Source: Trichoplax sp. H2 (taxonomy: Eukaryota). Taken from it: a stretch of DNA of 64,000 nucleotides. The translations under genes were made by a program, and so were the position numbers. Each line of letters opens with the position of its first letter. Within the stretch, counting starts at the first letter, position 1. This document shows, one piece after another, positions 38,701-50,302 of this stretch. Under the pieces are notes generated by a model that saw only the letters and a list, made by a program, of their open reading frames with translations, did no database searches and was not told where the DNA came from. Location of the stretch: contig NOWV01000216.1 of NCBI GenBank assembly GCA_003344405.1, positions 1 through 64,000 of the forward strand, given 5' to 3'.

Positions 38701-41007
38701 GTCATTCAAGACAGTATCCAGCATTGCTACCATCATACTGTTTCTAATTATTAATTGGCTTACTTAGGGTTTAAATCTTTGCCACGGCCTTTGTCGTTTT
38801 GGGGGGTTTCAACTTCCATTGGTAACTCATCATCACTGCAATAAGGTCATAATTAAAAACATGATAAGAAGGATTCAAAATTAGCAGCATGTAGCAAAGG
38901 ATTCATCTACAGCCTCTTATTGTAATGTTCATTCGATTTAAGTAAGTTCAATGCTAATAGCCGTTGAATTGATCCTTGCTCAATGGAGAGTCTAATAGAC
39001 TGACAGTAAGCTGTCATAGCACTTACGAATATTCCTGGCCCTTCTTCTTACGACCCTTCTTATCATTTCTTTTAGCCACTGGAGCAGCAGCTAAACCTTC
39101 CTCATCGATATCGATAGTATTTTCAACATCAGCACCTTTAGGCCTATGGTGCAAGTCATCGATACGATATTAAAAAATTAGCTATAATTTGGACTGGTGT
39201 ACAACAGAATTAGTACATAATATCAGAGGCAATGTAAAAATACGATGGGCTAATTTCTAGAGAAAAGTATTTAGTAAGCAAACAACTACAACAGAAATAG
39301 TGCATAATATCAGAGGCAATGTAAAAATGCTACGGGCTAATTTCTAGAGAAAAGCATTTAGTAAGCAAACAACTGCATAATACAACAATTAGTTAGTTAC
39401 AATACAAAATAGAATATTTTAAATGTATATGTACTTTCATGACCATAAATTAAGTGATAAATCACAACTTCTCATGATAACGGAAGCAACTATTCTATTA
39501 TTCAAAGTGAATTAATAGAGTAAGGAATGTATTGAAGTGTAGCCTAATGTCGCTGATGTTGATGACAAAGTTTTAATATCTCATTGATGTCATACCAAAT
39601 CCCATTTCAATTTTCTACCTCCATGTCCAAAATTATCGTTTTAAGAATCAATTTACTCTCCAGAAACCATCATCGATGACAGTTTCAACATCTTGTTCTT
39701 GCTACATGAAACCGCATTTCAGTTTCCATTTTTATTAATTATTGATTACTATCATTAAAGAATTAATTTTCTATCCTGCAATTGACATCGTTTCCAAACT
39801 ATCATAGAGTAGTCATTGCCCAAATCCCATTTCTGTTTCTACCTCTATCCCTGAATTATGTATATCATGAATACATGAATCTATTTTCTATCAGGAAACT
39901 ATCATCGATGATGTTTTCAAGCTACCGAAGAGTAGAGAAGTCATTGAAGAATCCAACCTAGTTTGTCTTTTCAGTATCTTTACTGCACGATTTTGATCAG
40001 TGTATGAGTAACTAAGTATAGCTTAACTTTAGTCATGCTGATGATAAGCTTTAACATCTCATTCATCCAATATAAAATTCCATTTCACTTTCTACTTTTA
40101 TGACCGATCAGTATCATTCAAGAATCCATTTTCTATCGTCAACCTGTCATCGTTTCCAAATTACCGTACCATAGTTATATAGAATCGAACATGGCATCTC
40201 AATACCTATACTACATGTTTGTTGGATCTGTCTATGAGAAATTTAGCACTTCTTCCTGTCACTTATGTTGCTAATAAAACTTGAATATCTTATTTACGCC
40301 ATATCAACGCTATTTGAGATTCTACCTTTATCCTTCCATTCAATCCTCAATCAATCCATTTTCTATCCTGAAATCATCATTGATGATGTTATCAACCTAC
40401 TGAAGAGCAAAGTAGTCACTACACAATCCAATAAAGCCTATTGAGTATCTTTACTACGCATTTTGGATGGGTTCCATCGCGATTTAATACGAGTATAGCC
40501 AAGTTGTAGTCATGGCGATGATTGACTTCAATATCTCGTCTTTGCCCCTACCAAGCCCATTTCAATTTCTACCTCGATCCTGATTGGTATCACTAAAGAA
40601 TCCTTTTCCCATCCTTGAATCATCATGTATGAAGATTCCAAGCTCGAATTATACACACTATTCATTACAGAATTAGCAAAGACAACATGATATTGATGAC
40701 TACCACTCCTCCATGGATTTTTCACCCAAATAAGAATATTCCTCGACATTTGTAATCCTCGATTGCATTGCGATCATGCACGTCGCTATAATGCAATCAG
40801 ACTAGCTTCCATAGGATCAAGCCCATATCCTCCATCATGGTATTGTCATTGAAGGGAAGAAATTGAGTAGAAAATGGCGATAGAACATGGATGATGGATG
40901 CAATGAAACATACTCATCCTGTTGACTATTGAAAATGAATTGCTTTGGGGATCATTTTCTACTTACTGCTCAGCTGATTTTTTCTTGTCCTTCTTAGATT
41001 TAGCCAT
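32760..41007 (-). CDS. EIF5B: Eukaryotic translation initiation factor 5B, multi-exon
   Basis: Exon 1 40967-41007 ([13 protein letters not shown]); K/E-rich N-terminus; [92 protein letters not shown]-terminus KHFNII* (TAA 32760-32762). Confidence 0.96.
38664..38741 (-). ncRNA. Candidate intronic box C/D snoRNA
   Basis: Minus strand ACAGT-ATGATGG...GTGATGC...CTGA-CTGT: near-consensus C box, D box, 4-bp terminal stem, 78 nt, ends 60 nt upstream of the 3' splice site of an eIF5B intron; target not verified. Confidence 0.3.
39213..39380. repeat. ~88-bp tandem duplication in eIF5B intron 1
   Basis: cataatatcagaggcaatgtaaaaat...agtaagcaaacaact occurs twice. Confidence 0.85.
39540..40700. repeat. 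Degenerate ~225-250 bp tandem repeat (about 5 copies) in eIF5B intron 1
   Basis: cccatttc..tttctacct...aatccattttctatc recurs at ~39601, 39826, 40080, 40310, 40557. Confidence 0.7.
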
Positions 41008-41403
41008 AATCTCTTGACAATAATTCAATCGTCTATCCACTTAACATCAATGTACCAAGACTAATAGTAATGATCCTTTCACTCCAGTGCTACTAATACA
41101 CAGTTAAGATGGATAACTTGCAAGTTGAATAAGCAATTAATGGCCAAATGGAGCAAATTGAGCAAGATGAGCAAGATTGGAAGAGGTTAATGGATGCCAA
41201 GTTCCTCTACCACGTTGGAATTGGCGTTTTGACCAGTGGCCACCGACACCAAGCTATACTGTAGCCTAGAGTGTAGAGTCGTTACCCAGTCAGTAGAGTA
41301 TCGAGGGTTCAATGAGTCATGGTGGGGTTAGGTGGGGTGTTGTAGGGTTTAGTCTACTGTATGATACCGTCGTTCCATAATATAGAGATAGTATGGGATT
41401 AGA

Positions 41404-43199
41404 GTCGGCACACCCAAGCAACTATCGACTATCTTGGAAGTTTGCCGGGTGGAGTCATGCGTTTCCGAATCATACTCTATAGTAATCAAGGAATAATCAA
41501 CTCTTGATTAATACATCCTATAGCAAGAACCCAGGTGGCCCACATGGGAATACTGAGTTTGCGCAACCGGTACGCAACCAGGCCCGGGGAGAACCGTCAG
41601 TCTATCTGTCGTGTCCGTCTAAGATCCATTTGGCATCGTGGTGATCGTCCATGTCCACTGGCAGTCTGGCAATAGACTATCTACGCGTCAGCAGTATTGT
41701 TGGAGACAGTAGGCAACAAGACTGTTCAAGGAGAAAGCGGTGCATCCATCATGGCATGGGTTCCATTTCTTCTTGCAAAAGAACCCCTAAAAATTGCCCT
41801 TGGATGCCATGTTTATCCCTTAACTTAGGCTGCTATTAACTTTAGATGACTACTGTACAATATTTGCAGGTTGGAGATGATGATCGAGATATTGATATTC
41901 TTGCTTTGATCTTGTGCCAATTGGCATTTTGGAAAGGATGATGCAGATAGTGATTTTCTCCTATGGATCTCCTTCCAATGGCACTTTGGAGAGGATGAAC
42001 GCGATATGACTGTAGATACGATCACTATCACAACCATCCTATTTTATCGATTCCAAACGAATTTCTAAACGCCACTACAGTTGATGCTCGATGACCAACA
42101 TCTTGCCAAATCGAGCTAGGATCACAAGAGTTGGAGATCTCATTACTGTTGGGAATGCAACTCCGATAACCATGATAGCTGTTTACATAATGAATGCTTA
42201 ACGTATAAAAAATGAATATCAAGAAACAGCCTATTAGAGTAATTATTTTGACAGTAGCAAAGGAATTCTAAACATAAAAGCATAAATTAAAGCAAATCCC
42301 ATTTTACGAGTGGGTCAATGAACAACTTTTAGCCAGTAGATCGTAATCAATTCAATCTTACGATCTAAAGTTCTTCTAGTATTTGCCAGACTTGTTCAAG
42401 TTGACAATATATATATCCAAATTCGAGTTTCAAAACTTTATTTACTACTTCCTTTGGCATAATTGTATGTATTAACTTGTTCAAATTGACAATATGTATA
42501 TCCAAATTTACTACTTCCTTTGGCATAATTGTATGTATTAACATTTCCAGAAGGTTTTTGATCAGTATCGAAAAAACCTTTACTGAAAGAGTCTAGGAAT
42601 AATTAATTAATTGTCTAGAACTCGTGGTATATTGACAAAGCAAGTACTGCTCAAATAGCTACTGAATCAGGCTATATTCTATTTAATGTTTNNNNNNNNN
42701 NNNNNNNNNNNGTCGGCACACCCAAGCAACTATCGACTATCTTGGAAGTTTGCCGGGTGGAGTCATGCGTTTCCGAATCATACTCTATAGTAATCAAGGA
42801 ATAATCAACTCTTGATTGATACATCCTATAGCAAGAACCCAGTTGGCCCACATGGGAATACTGAGTTTGCGCAACCGGTACGCAACCAGGCCCTGGGAGA
42901 ACCGTCAGTCTATCCGTCGTCTCCGTCTAAGATCCATTTGGCATCTTCTAGTATTTGCCAGACTTGTTCAAGTTGACAATATATATATATCCAAATTCGA
43001 GTTTCAAAACTTTATTTACTACTTCCTTTGGCATAATTGTATGTATTAACATTTCCAGAAGGTTTTTGATCAGTATCGAAAAAACCTTTACTGAAAGAGT
43101 CTAGGAATAATTAATTAATTGTCTAGAACTCGTGGTATATTGACAAAGCAAGTACTGCTCAAATAGCTACTGAATCAGGCTATATTCTATTTAATGTTT
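41404..43199. other. Two alleles/copies assembled in tandem across the N-gap 42692-42711
   Basis: 41404-41637 plus 42374-42691 reappear joined at 42712-43199, without 41638-42373. Confidence 0.8.
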
Positions 43200-45523
43200 A
43201 TGCAAACAGCTATGTCTTTGAGATACACAGTTATAGCCTTGATATTCTTGGGATTTCTTTGGACAATCCTGAGGAAAATGCAAGCCGTTCCTTAGGAAAG
43301 GCCAGCCAATCTACGCTAGTGGTAATACATTTGTTGCCTCTCTCCGTCCAAGGGCTGAACTTTAATGTCCCAGTCAACCTATTTCTTCTAAGTATAGCAA
43401 TTATCATTAGTCTGTACTACTCATTGCAAGATCAAGCAATATCTTTATTCGATATATAATTGATTACTGCAACGAAATGGCTGGAATTGACTTCGACATT
43501 CCTTAAGATTCAAAGGATTGACAGTAGCAATAGCGTAACGAATTATCGTTCTGGATGAATTCGAGAGAAACGACTAGCCTATATCGTATTCAGCTCTATC
43601 TTAGAAGACTTGACTGTGGCGGATTCATTTCGTTAAGTAATCATGACCATGCTGCTCTATACGAGCTATCCTAAGATATACAGATAGTGACATGCTACAA
43701 TTTCTTTTACAATTCATGCTACAATTCAGGTATGGACAGTCTAGGAGCAATAATAACCGTGCTGCACTGCGCTATCATAAAATAAAATGATTAATCTCGC
43801 TCCGCTTTATCCAAAATCGCTTCCGTTTACAGCTGCGACTTAGGCTGCGTCTGCATACAGTATATCTGAATACTTCAATGATATGTCAAGCATTGCCTCG
43901 TAAATAAGATACAGCAATAATATAATCTAATTGCATATCAAATGGCAATGTGTACAGTATATCATTTCCATACCTATATACATCGCTATAACGTTCAATC
44001 GTTAACTAGGTATGAGCAAATGATTATGATTATGGTCAATAAAATCCATTTTATCCATAAATAAATCAAGATAAAAATACAACCATGTTTCATATCAGAT
44101 CGAAATTCGATAACGCGTATAGTTAGCATCTATAAAATTTCAAGTGCCGTGCAAATTAGAAAGGCTAATCTATTCCTTTTCATTCATGCTGTCTTGCTTA
44201 GCAAAAGCTAAAATTCCCATCCTCTTTAGCGGGCAACGTAGGGCAATATTTTGAGTTATTGCTTCCTGTACGTTATCCATCGGGTAAGCGTGGCCACTGC
44301 TACAGTCTCATTAAAACTTATTCCTGGAAAGGCTTACGGTAGTTAAGAAATGCTTATGGAGCACATTAATCTCCACTGGATAAGTATGGAGGAGGTTGCA
44401 CTTAGTTCGGGCACCATATGCATCATATAGTAATGATGATTTGCCCAAATAGAATTATCGAACGTGTGTTACAGATTTGCAGGATACAGCATGATATAAT
44501 ATTATATTCTAACAATCCAAATAGGTAAGCATTGCCAGTGGACAAACTGCAGTCGCATTAAAGCTTATTCTTACAATACTTAGCCAAGAGCTGTTAGTAG
44601 AGAACTACAACCTGTAGTGATGCAAAAGGTAGAACTACAATCTGTAGGGATGCAATAGGTCATAGTTGGATGTTCATAACTGTACAACCCTTGCATCGTT
44701 ATAAGTGCAAGGCCAATGATGTTGAGTTACAATCGCCAACGCGATGGCATAATCATAGGCTCAGTGCTCGTGAAGAAGTGCAGTCTCTACGGTAGAAGAA
44801 TCAAGCAGAGTGCAGCTAATTTTTGCCTTTGTACAGTCTTAAACTTCAATCCAAATTTGGTCTTATAATTATATTCTAAACCTGCAGCACAATATAGGTT
44901 ACTCCAAAAGTCATAGGCAAGCATTAACATGAGTAATCCTAAGGACACCGCTGCAGGCGCATTGAAACTTATTCTTGCAAAGCTTAGCCAAGAAAATTCT
45001 ATCAATCTCTACAGTAGAAGAACGAATGAGAGTGCACCCAATTTTAGGTCCCCGGTATTTCAATTTCAATCTAAATTTGGTCAATTACATTCTAAACTTG
45101 CCACACCGTACACATCACTGCGAAGTATTAATTACTACTAGAAACCCTTGAGAGAGGGCCATTTGTAATGTTTACTCCGTCAATAGAGCAGAATGTACCC
45201 CAATTTTGGCACCATACAATGTTGAAGCTAAATTTAGCCAATTCTAATTCTACAACCTGGAGCACAGTACTGAACTCCAACAGCGCAAGCATGTAACCAT
45301 TCATTCATGCTGTGTTTTTATTCGTACAGGAGCCTGGACAAATAAATATATAGTCCAGTCCAGTTGGATAAACATCTTGTCAGGTTCACTTGGCAGTTTC
45401 TACTGTATTAAAGAAGCATAGAGTATAGTAGATAGATATTATTTGAAAAAGAAGACGAAAATCTCATCTACAATCTTTGATCACGAGCTTCGTTTTCGAT
45501 ACATTCATAAGAATCAATTGTTG

Positions 45524-46171
45524 ATGATGGCTGGCTTTTTGAAATAGAATTCAAGACTGGTGAAATTACTAACGTGTTTCTTATCCTTTCTCATGGCCGT
45601 AAGTGGATATTGGACTTATAGATCTGACATACCAAATGGCTTTAATGTTCCCAACCCTTGCAATGGAGCAACGATTTGGAACGGCGTGGGTCACCAACAA
45701 TCGGGCGGAGGCGGCCCCAGAAATCCTTTTGGATTAGCTTTTGCATCGCAAGGAAGAACATAGACATTAGCACTATGTCAAGAAGATAGCGATGGAGACG
45801 GTAAGACAAGCGGTGAAGAATTAGGCGATCCTCAATGTACTTGGACTAAAGGTGCAACTGCCAATAGGACAACTAATCTTTCACATCCTGGTGTTTGTGA
45901 ACCCATTAACTCGCTTGCCTGTTGTTCTAAGCAATCGTCGTGGCTGTCCTGCATGAGAGATTGCTCATCAATAATCACTCAACCCTCAACAAATGCTCCT
46001 ACTCCATCCAACCTAATTACCACCAAGACTAGTGCTACTAATTCTACCAGTAGCAATGTCCTATAGATGACGGCCTCTGCCACATCATCGAACGGTGCTT
46101 CTACAAAATGGACTTTCCATGGTATCATAATCAATCTCATGGCGATACTATTTCTATTTGCTCTACAGTAA
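45524..46171 (+). pseudogene. Temptin-domain, probably GPI-anchored protein; frame intact except for three in-frame TAG codons
   Basis: MMAGFLK*NSRLVKLLTCFLSFLMAVSGY..IPNGFNVPNPC..WNGVGH..GGGPRNPFGLAF..RT*TLALCQEDSDGDGKTSGEELGDPQCTW..LSHPGVCEP..S/T-rich..VL*MTA..hydrophobic tail ALQ-TAA; TAGs at 45545, 45761, 46064. Confidence 0.85.
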
Positions 46172-48399
46172 TTCCCTATCATCATGTTGCTAGTCTTTCT
46201 TATGTACCAATATCCTATTTAAATTAATTAGCCTAAATAGATAGGGATTAATACGATGCTTACTGCTTCTCACCTACTAGAATGAACTAACTCATAATAA
46301 TCCACTGTCTGCCATTGAATGGCTTCTATAATTATACCATCTAGAAACTAATATAGATAATTTAAAATCATATTTCTAATATATATTGTCGCTTCACTGC
46401 TTAAAGGATTCTTGCTTGTATAAACGATATAATTTGTCATTCTCTCAAATACTATGCATGCTGATAGAACGGGCCCTAATGTAAGGGATACCGGTAAAAG
46501 CGTTTTTTGGTAAGGCAGTCGCTAAGTATTATAGCGGAAAAAGAAGGCATAGATTTGCTCCAAATAGATCAGTCGTCAATTCCTTAATTACTAGACTTGA
46601 TATTATATTCCACAACAGTTTTTAATGCCTTGGTCACCATGCTACTGTACAACTTTATAGATTAACCCAAAAAGAAAGACCCCCGTATATCCTAAAGGTA
46701 TACATTATTCCAGTGGCTATTCTGAATATTTCATTCCATTATTTTATTTCCTTAGCTGCTATACCATTATCTTGCTATGGGAATCCTTCTTCTGTTCAAA
46801 GCCGTTAGGAAACTTATAGGAATAACAATAATGATCAATCTTAAGTATTTACGTCATGAATCATAATATTGGCCATCCTATATTTTCGCTTCATGACTTC
46901 ATTTTTCGTCGCTCATGTACTAATGCCGGCCAACTTGATCGATGATAGATGTATCGCTATAAAAGATTAAAGCATCGACAATGAAAAACTGAAGAAATAA
47001 GCATATCATGAGCTCGGTAATTTTAAAAATGAATTTAGCAGAGATTAAAATTCTCCTCCCTTTTGCTGCTCTCGTAATCTTAAATAATATTGCATTCGAT
47101 AGCATTGATATTGAATAACAGATCATGAGGTAAATCAAATAACCATCGGAGAAATAAATGATAATAGATCGTAAATAGTGATAGCCTTCATTATCAGTTG
47201 TTAGAGACTCTTATTCCTTGCAGTTGCCCATTTTATAACATCTCGTAAAGTATCAAAAATAAAGAGATGTTCACTTCGATTAGACCAGTAAACGATCCTA
47301 TTGGCCATCTCCAATATTGGACTTAATGATTTCATTTTTAGTCGCTAGCTAGCCAGTCAATTTCCTACTCGCCAAATTCTTCTATTTCAATCTCACTGTA
47401 GAGAATATTGCATTAGAAGGCATGGATGGCACACAAGAAATTGAGGATAAGTGAAATCACAATGAGGGAAATAGAACGATACCCGTCATAAACAGAAATA
47501 GTCCTCCTTTAGCATTGCTTACTACCTGGTAAAAGATTTTTATTCCTTTCGTTTGCTATTCTATACACTGTTATATCAAAATTGGCTTAAAAAACTAAAC
47601 ATATGAGTAGATACACTTTGATTGACTCTGTAAATGATCGCATTACTTGTCTCGAAATTTTGACATCATGACTTTAGTTTTAATCGCTAGCTAACATGCA
47701 AATTTTCAATTTGCGAAAATTCTTCTCATTTCAACCTCAACGGAAGGGTAACCTAGTAGAGAATGAACTAATAAGCTGTAGGCTGCTACACAATCTCAAT
47801 TAGATCGTAACCTATCCATAACGTTAACATGGATTGATTTCGTCTAGTAACTAGTGGCAATAGGGTATCCTGTCATGTTCTACACTATGTAAGTGATGAA
47901 GTAGATGTTAGCAGAAATTATCTCTTTGGTAGTCGTAGGAACAAATACATTTATGAATTAAGTTGCTGTAAGAGAGTATGGTATTCGATATAAAAATTTC
48001 TGTATCAGCAAAAGCAATATGGCTGCTACTTTATTTATCCTAATAATTTATTCTTCCTGCTGTTATGATAATGTTTACCTCTCCATTTCACCGAATAACA
48101 TACACTCAACAATTGATAAAATGTCAATATTGTGATAGTCATAAATAGTGCTACGTAAAAAGACACTATCTTAAAATCTTTAGCATGATCGATTACTTCA
48201 TCCTTTACTATAATACAGAAATTCATAAATCCTGACAATAAATAGCGTACAACCAAATATAATCTATCTAAATATGAAGTATGGACTACCAAAATAGCTT
48301 AATTCATTTCAAAATTAAGAATAACTTGGACGTGAACAACTGTTTGATATAGAGTCATTATAGCAATGTTTAAATACGCATACAAATATATTATGGGCA

Positions 48400-49050
48400 G
48401 GAAATAAATAATAAATTGTCGTCTAACTACGTCATATACTCTTTACAGTTACACGGATCTAGGCAATAATGTGGCGTAAATCAACAGACTAAATTGATCA
48501 TTATTTAAGTAAGCAAATAATTATGCCATTGCTAAATACATTCAAAATGATAGATTCTGACTCACTCAGATGATACTGAAACCTGATTCTATCTTATTAA
48601 ATAAATACGGATCTAGATACTCTTTACAGTTATATTCACGCAGTCCTAAATTACGCATTAAATCTCAACAAGGATGAGTCCTAATGCACAGCCAAGAAAT
48701 AGCATGGCGTAATTTGATATTGTAAATAGTGATAGGCGACAAAGTAAATATATTTGCTCAATATTACTGTAGAATACGCTCGAAGTAGATGGATTATGGC
48801 TCATTTCGATGATACTGAAACTTGATTTCCATGTTACGAAGCACGTATGGATCATGTATAACTTAAACATCAATTTGGATGAGATTTAGAACATTTTTAC
48901 CTAATTAAGCTACTTTCTTGCTATCGAATGATCGTCAAATTAGATCATATCATTGAATGCAAATCTAGGAAGTAATATGGCGTAAAATGCTAGACAAAAT
49001 TGGTGATTAGATGACAAGGTAGGTAAGTGAATAGTTGCAATGCGGTTGAA
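48400..49050 (-). repeat. Degenerate serial copies of the fucosyltransferase 3' end
   Basis: e.g. 48601 aaatacggatctagatactctttacagtt..cagtcctaaat..ttaaatctc matches CDS 49115-49182. Confidence 0.7.
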
Positions 49051-49055
49051 TACAT

Positions 49056-50302
49056 TCAGGATGGTGTTTCTGGTTTATTTCGATGAAATTGAAATTTGAT
49101 TTTCCTGTTGTTAAGTAGATACGGATCTGGATACTCTTTACAGTTGTCTTCATGAGGTCCTAATGTATAACTTAAGTCTCGATAAGGACTGGATTGAAGA
49201 CCCTTATTTCCAATTCGAGCTATTTTCTTGCATACATTGCATAAGTTATTCTTGAGCGACCATAAGTGAATATTATAATTTTCTCGCCACTGAAAATACG
49301 AGTTATATAATTTATCATTACTTGCTACTTTTTCGATATAATTGGCCAATTCTCGGACATTAGCAAATTTCAAAGCATCAATAAAAGATTGCGGAGGTAG
49401 AACATGCCAATCAGAGTAATTGGCTCCACTGATAATAATCGGAATTAGGTTATTTTCGAAAGCATTTCGATATGTCTTTTCCGTTAAATAGCCATTACAA
49501 ACGCTGTTTTCTAAGCTTAAATAAAATTTATAATTGGACTGAATATGTTGCCAACAATGTTTATTTCTAGGGCATTTCTGACCACATCGACCAAAGACAT
49601 CGACATTAGTATAATTTTGCAATGCACGAATGATATGCATTCGATGTGGATAACACACACTGGCTACAATGGCAATCATTCTGGGTCTATTTGCAGCATA
49701 TCTAATGTTGGGTGAAAATCCATTGTGATACCGGCCACGAGTAACATAGCCATAAGGCGAAGGAAGATCTACTTCTTTCATGTAATTCATGATCCAATCG
49801 AATGTATTATTGAAAAATTCTTTTAGTAACGGTTTTTGATCTAGTTTCAAACTCAGAGGACTCTCCAAAGTATAATAAATCCATCGCTGAAACGGAGGCT
49901 TTACAGTATTATTGGGTAAGCTATCCGTATCTTGTAAAATGTTTATATCGTTTCCATGGAATAATACAGCATCAGCACTAGAATAATAATTTCTATCACT
50001 AGTAAAATGGCACTGCACCGACGATAATCCGCAAGAATGATAACCAAGAGGTTCTGGCCAACTATTAAAAAACAAACCAGTCCAATAGAGTATCCTTATA
50101 ACTCTTAACGGTTTTGCTGTCATAACTGTAGATGTCTTTATCGTTTCATTTCGAGAATCCTTAACGCGTTTATTAACGCGTTAATAATATGCTTTAAAAG
50201 CATAACCGGCGTTTCAGTAGGGTATATAAAATAAATTAATGTGTACAAAGTTAGAACTATACAGCAGTATCGCAAAATTATTTTAAAATTTTTCCTAGCC
50301 AT
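49056..50302 (-). CDS. Alpha-1,3-fucosyltransferase (GT10), intronless; catalytic ORF 49056-50123 intact but out of frame with the N-terminal anchor starting at 50302
   Basis: ADAVLFH, QRWIYYTLESP, YKFYLSLENSVCNGYLTEKTYRNAF, LPPQSFID, LYNSYFQWR; upstream MARKNFKIILRYCCIVLTLYTLIYFIYP is a type II anchor 179 nt from the ORF ATG (not a multiple of 3). Confidence 0.88.

Noticed and set aside
38836..39026. H/ACA snoRNA in an eIF5B intron
   Set aside because: Hairpins and an ANANNA are present but no correctly placed ACA box
41455..41640. U3-like snoRNA (gaatcatactctatagt resembles the U3 5' region)
   Set aside because: Only a short imperfect match; boxes B, C and D not found
41638..42373. Transposable element insertion
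   Set aside because: No terminal inverted repeats, convincing target-site duplication or coding similarity; equally explained by a deletion
45524..46171. Selenoprotein
   Set aside because: The in-frame stops are TAG, not TGA, and do not align to Cys
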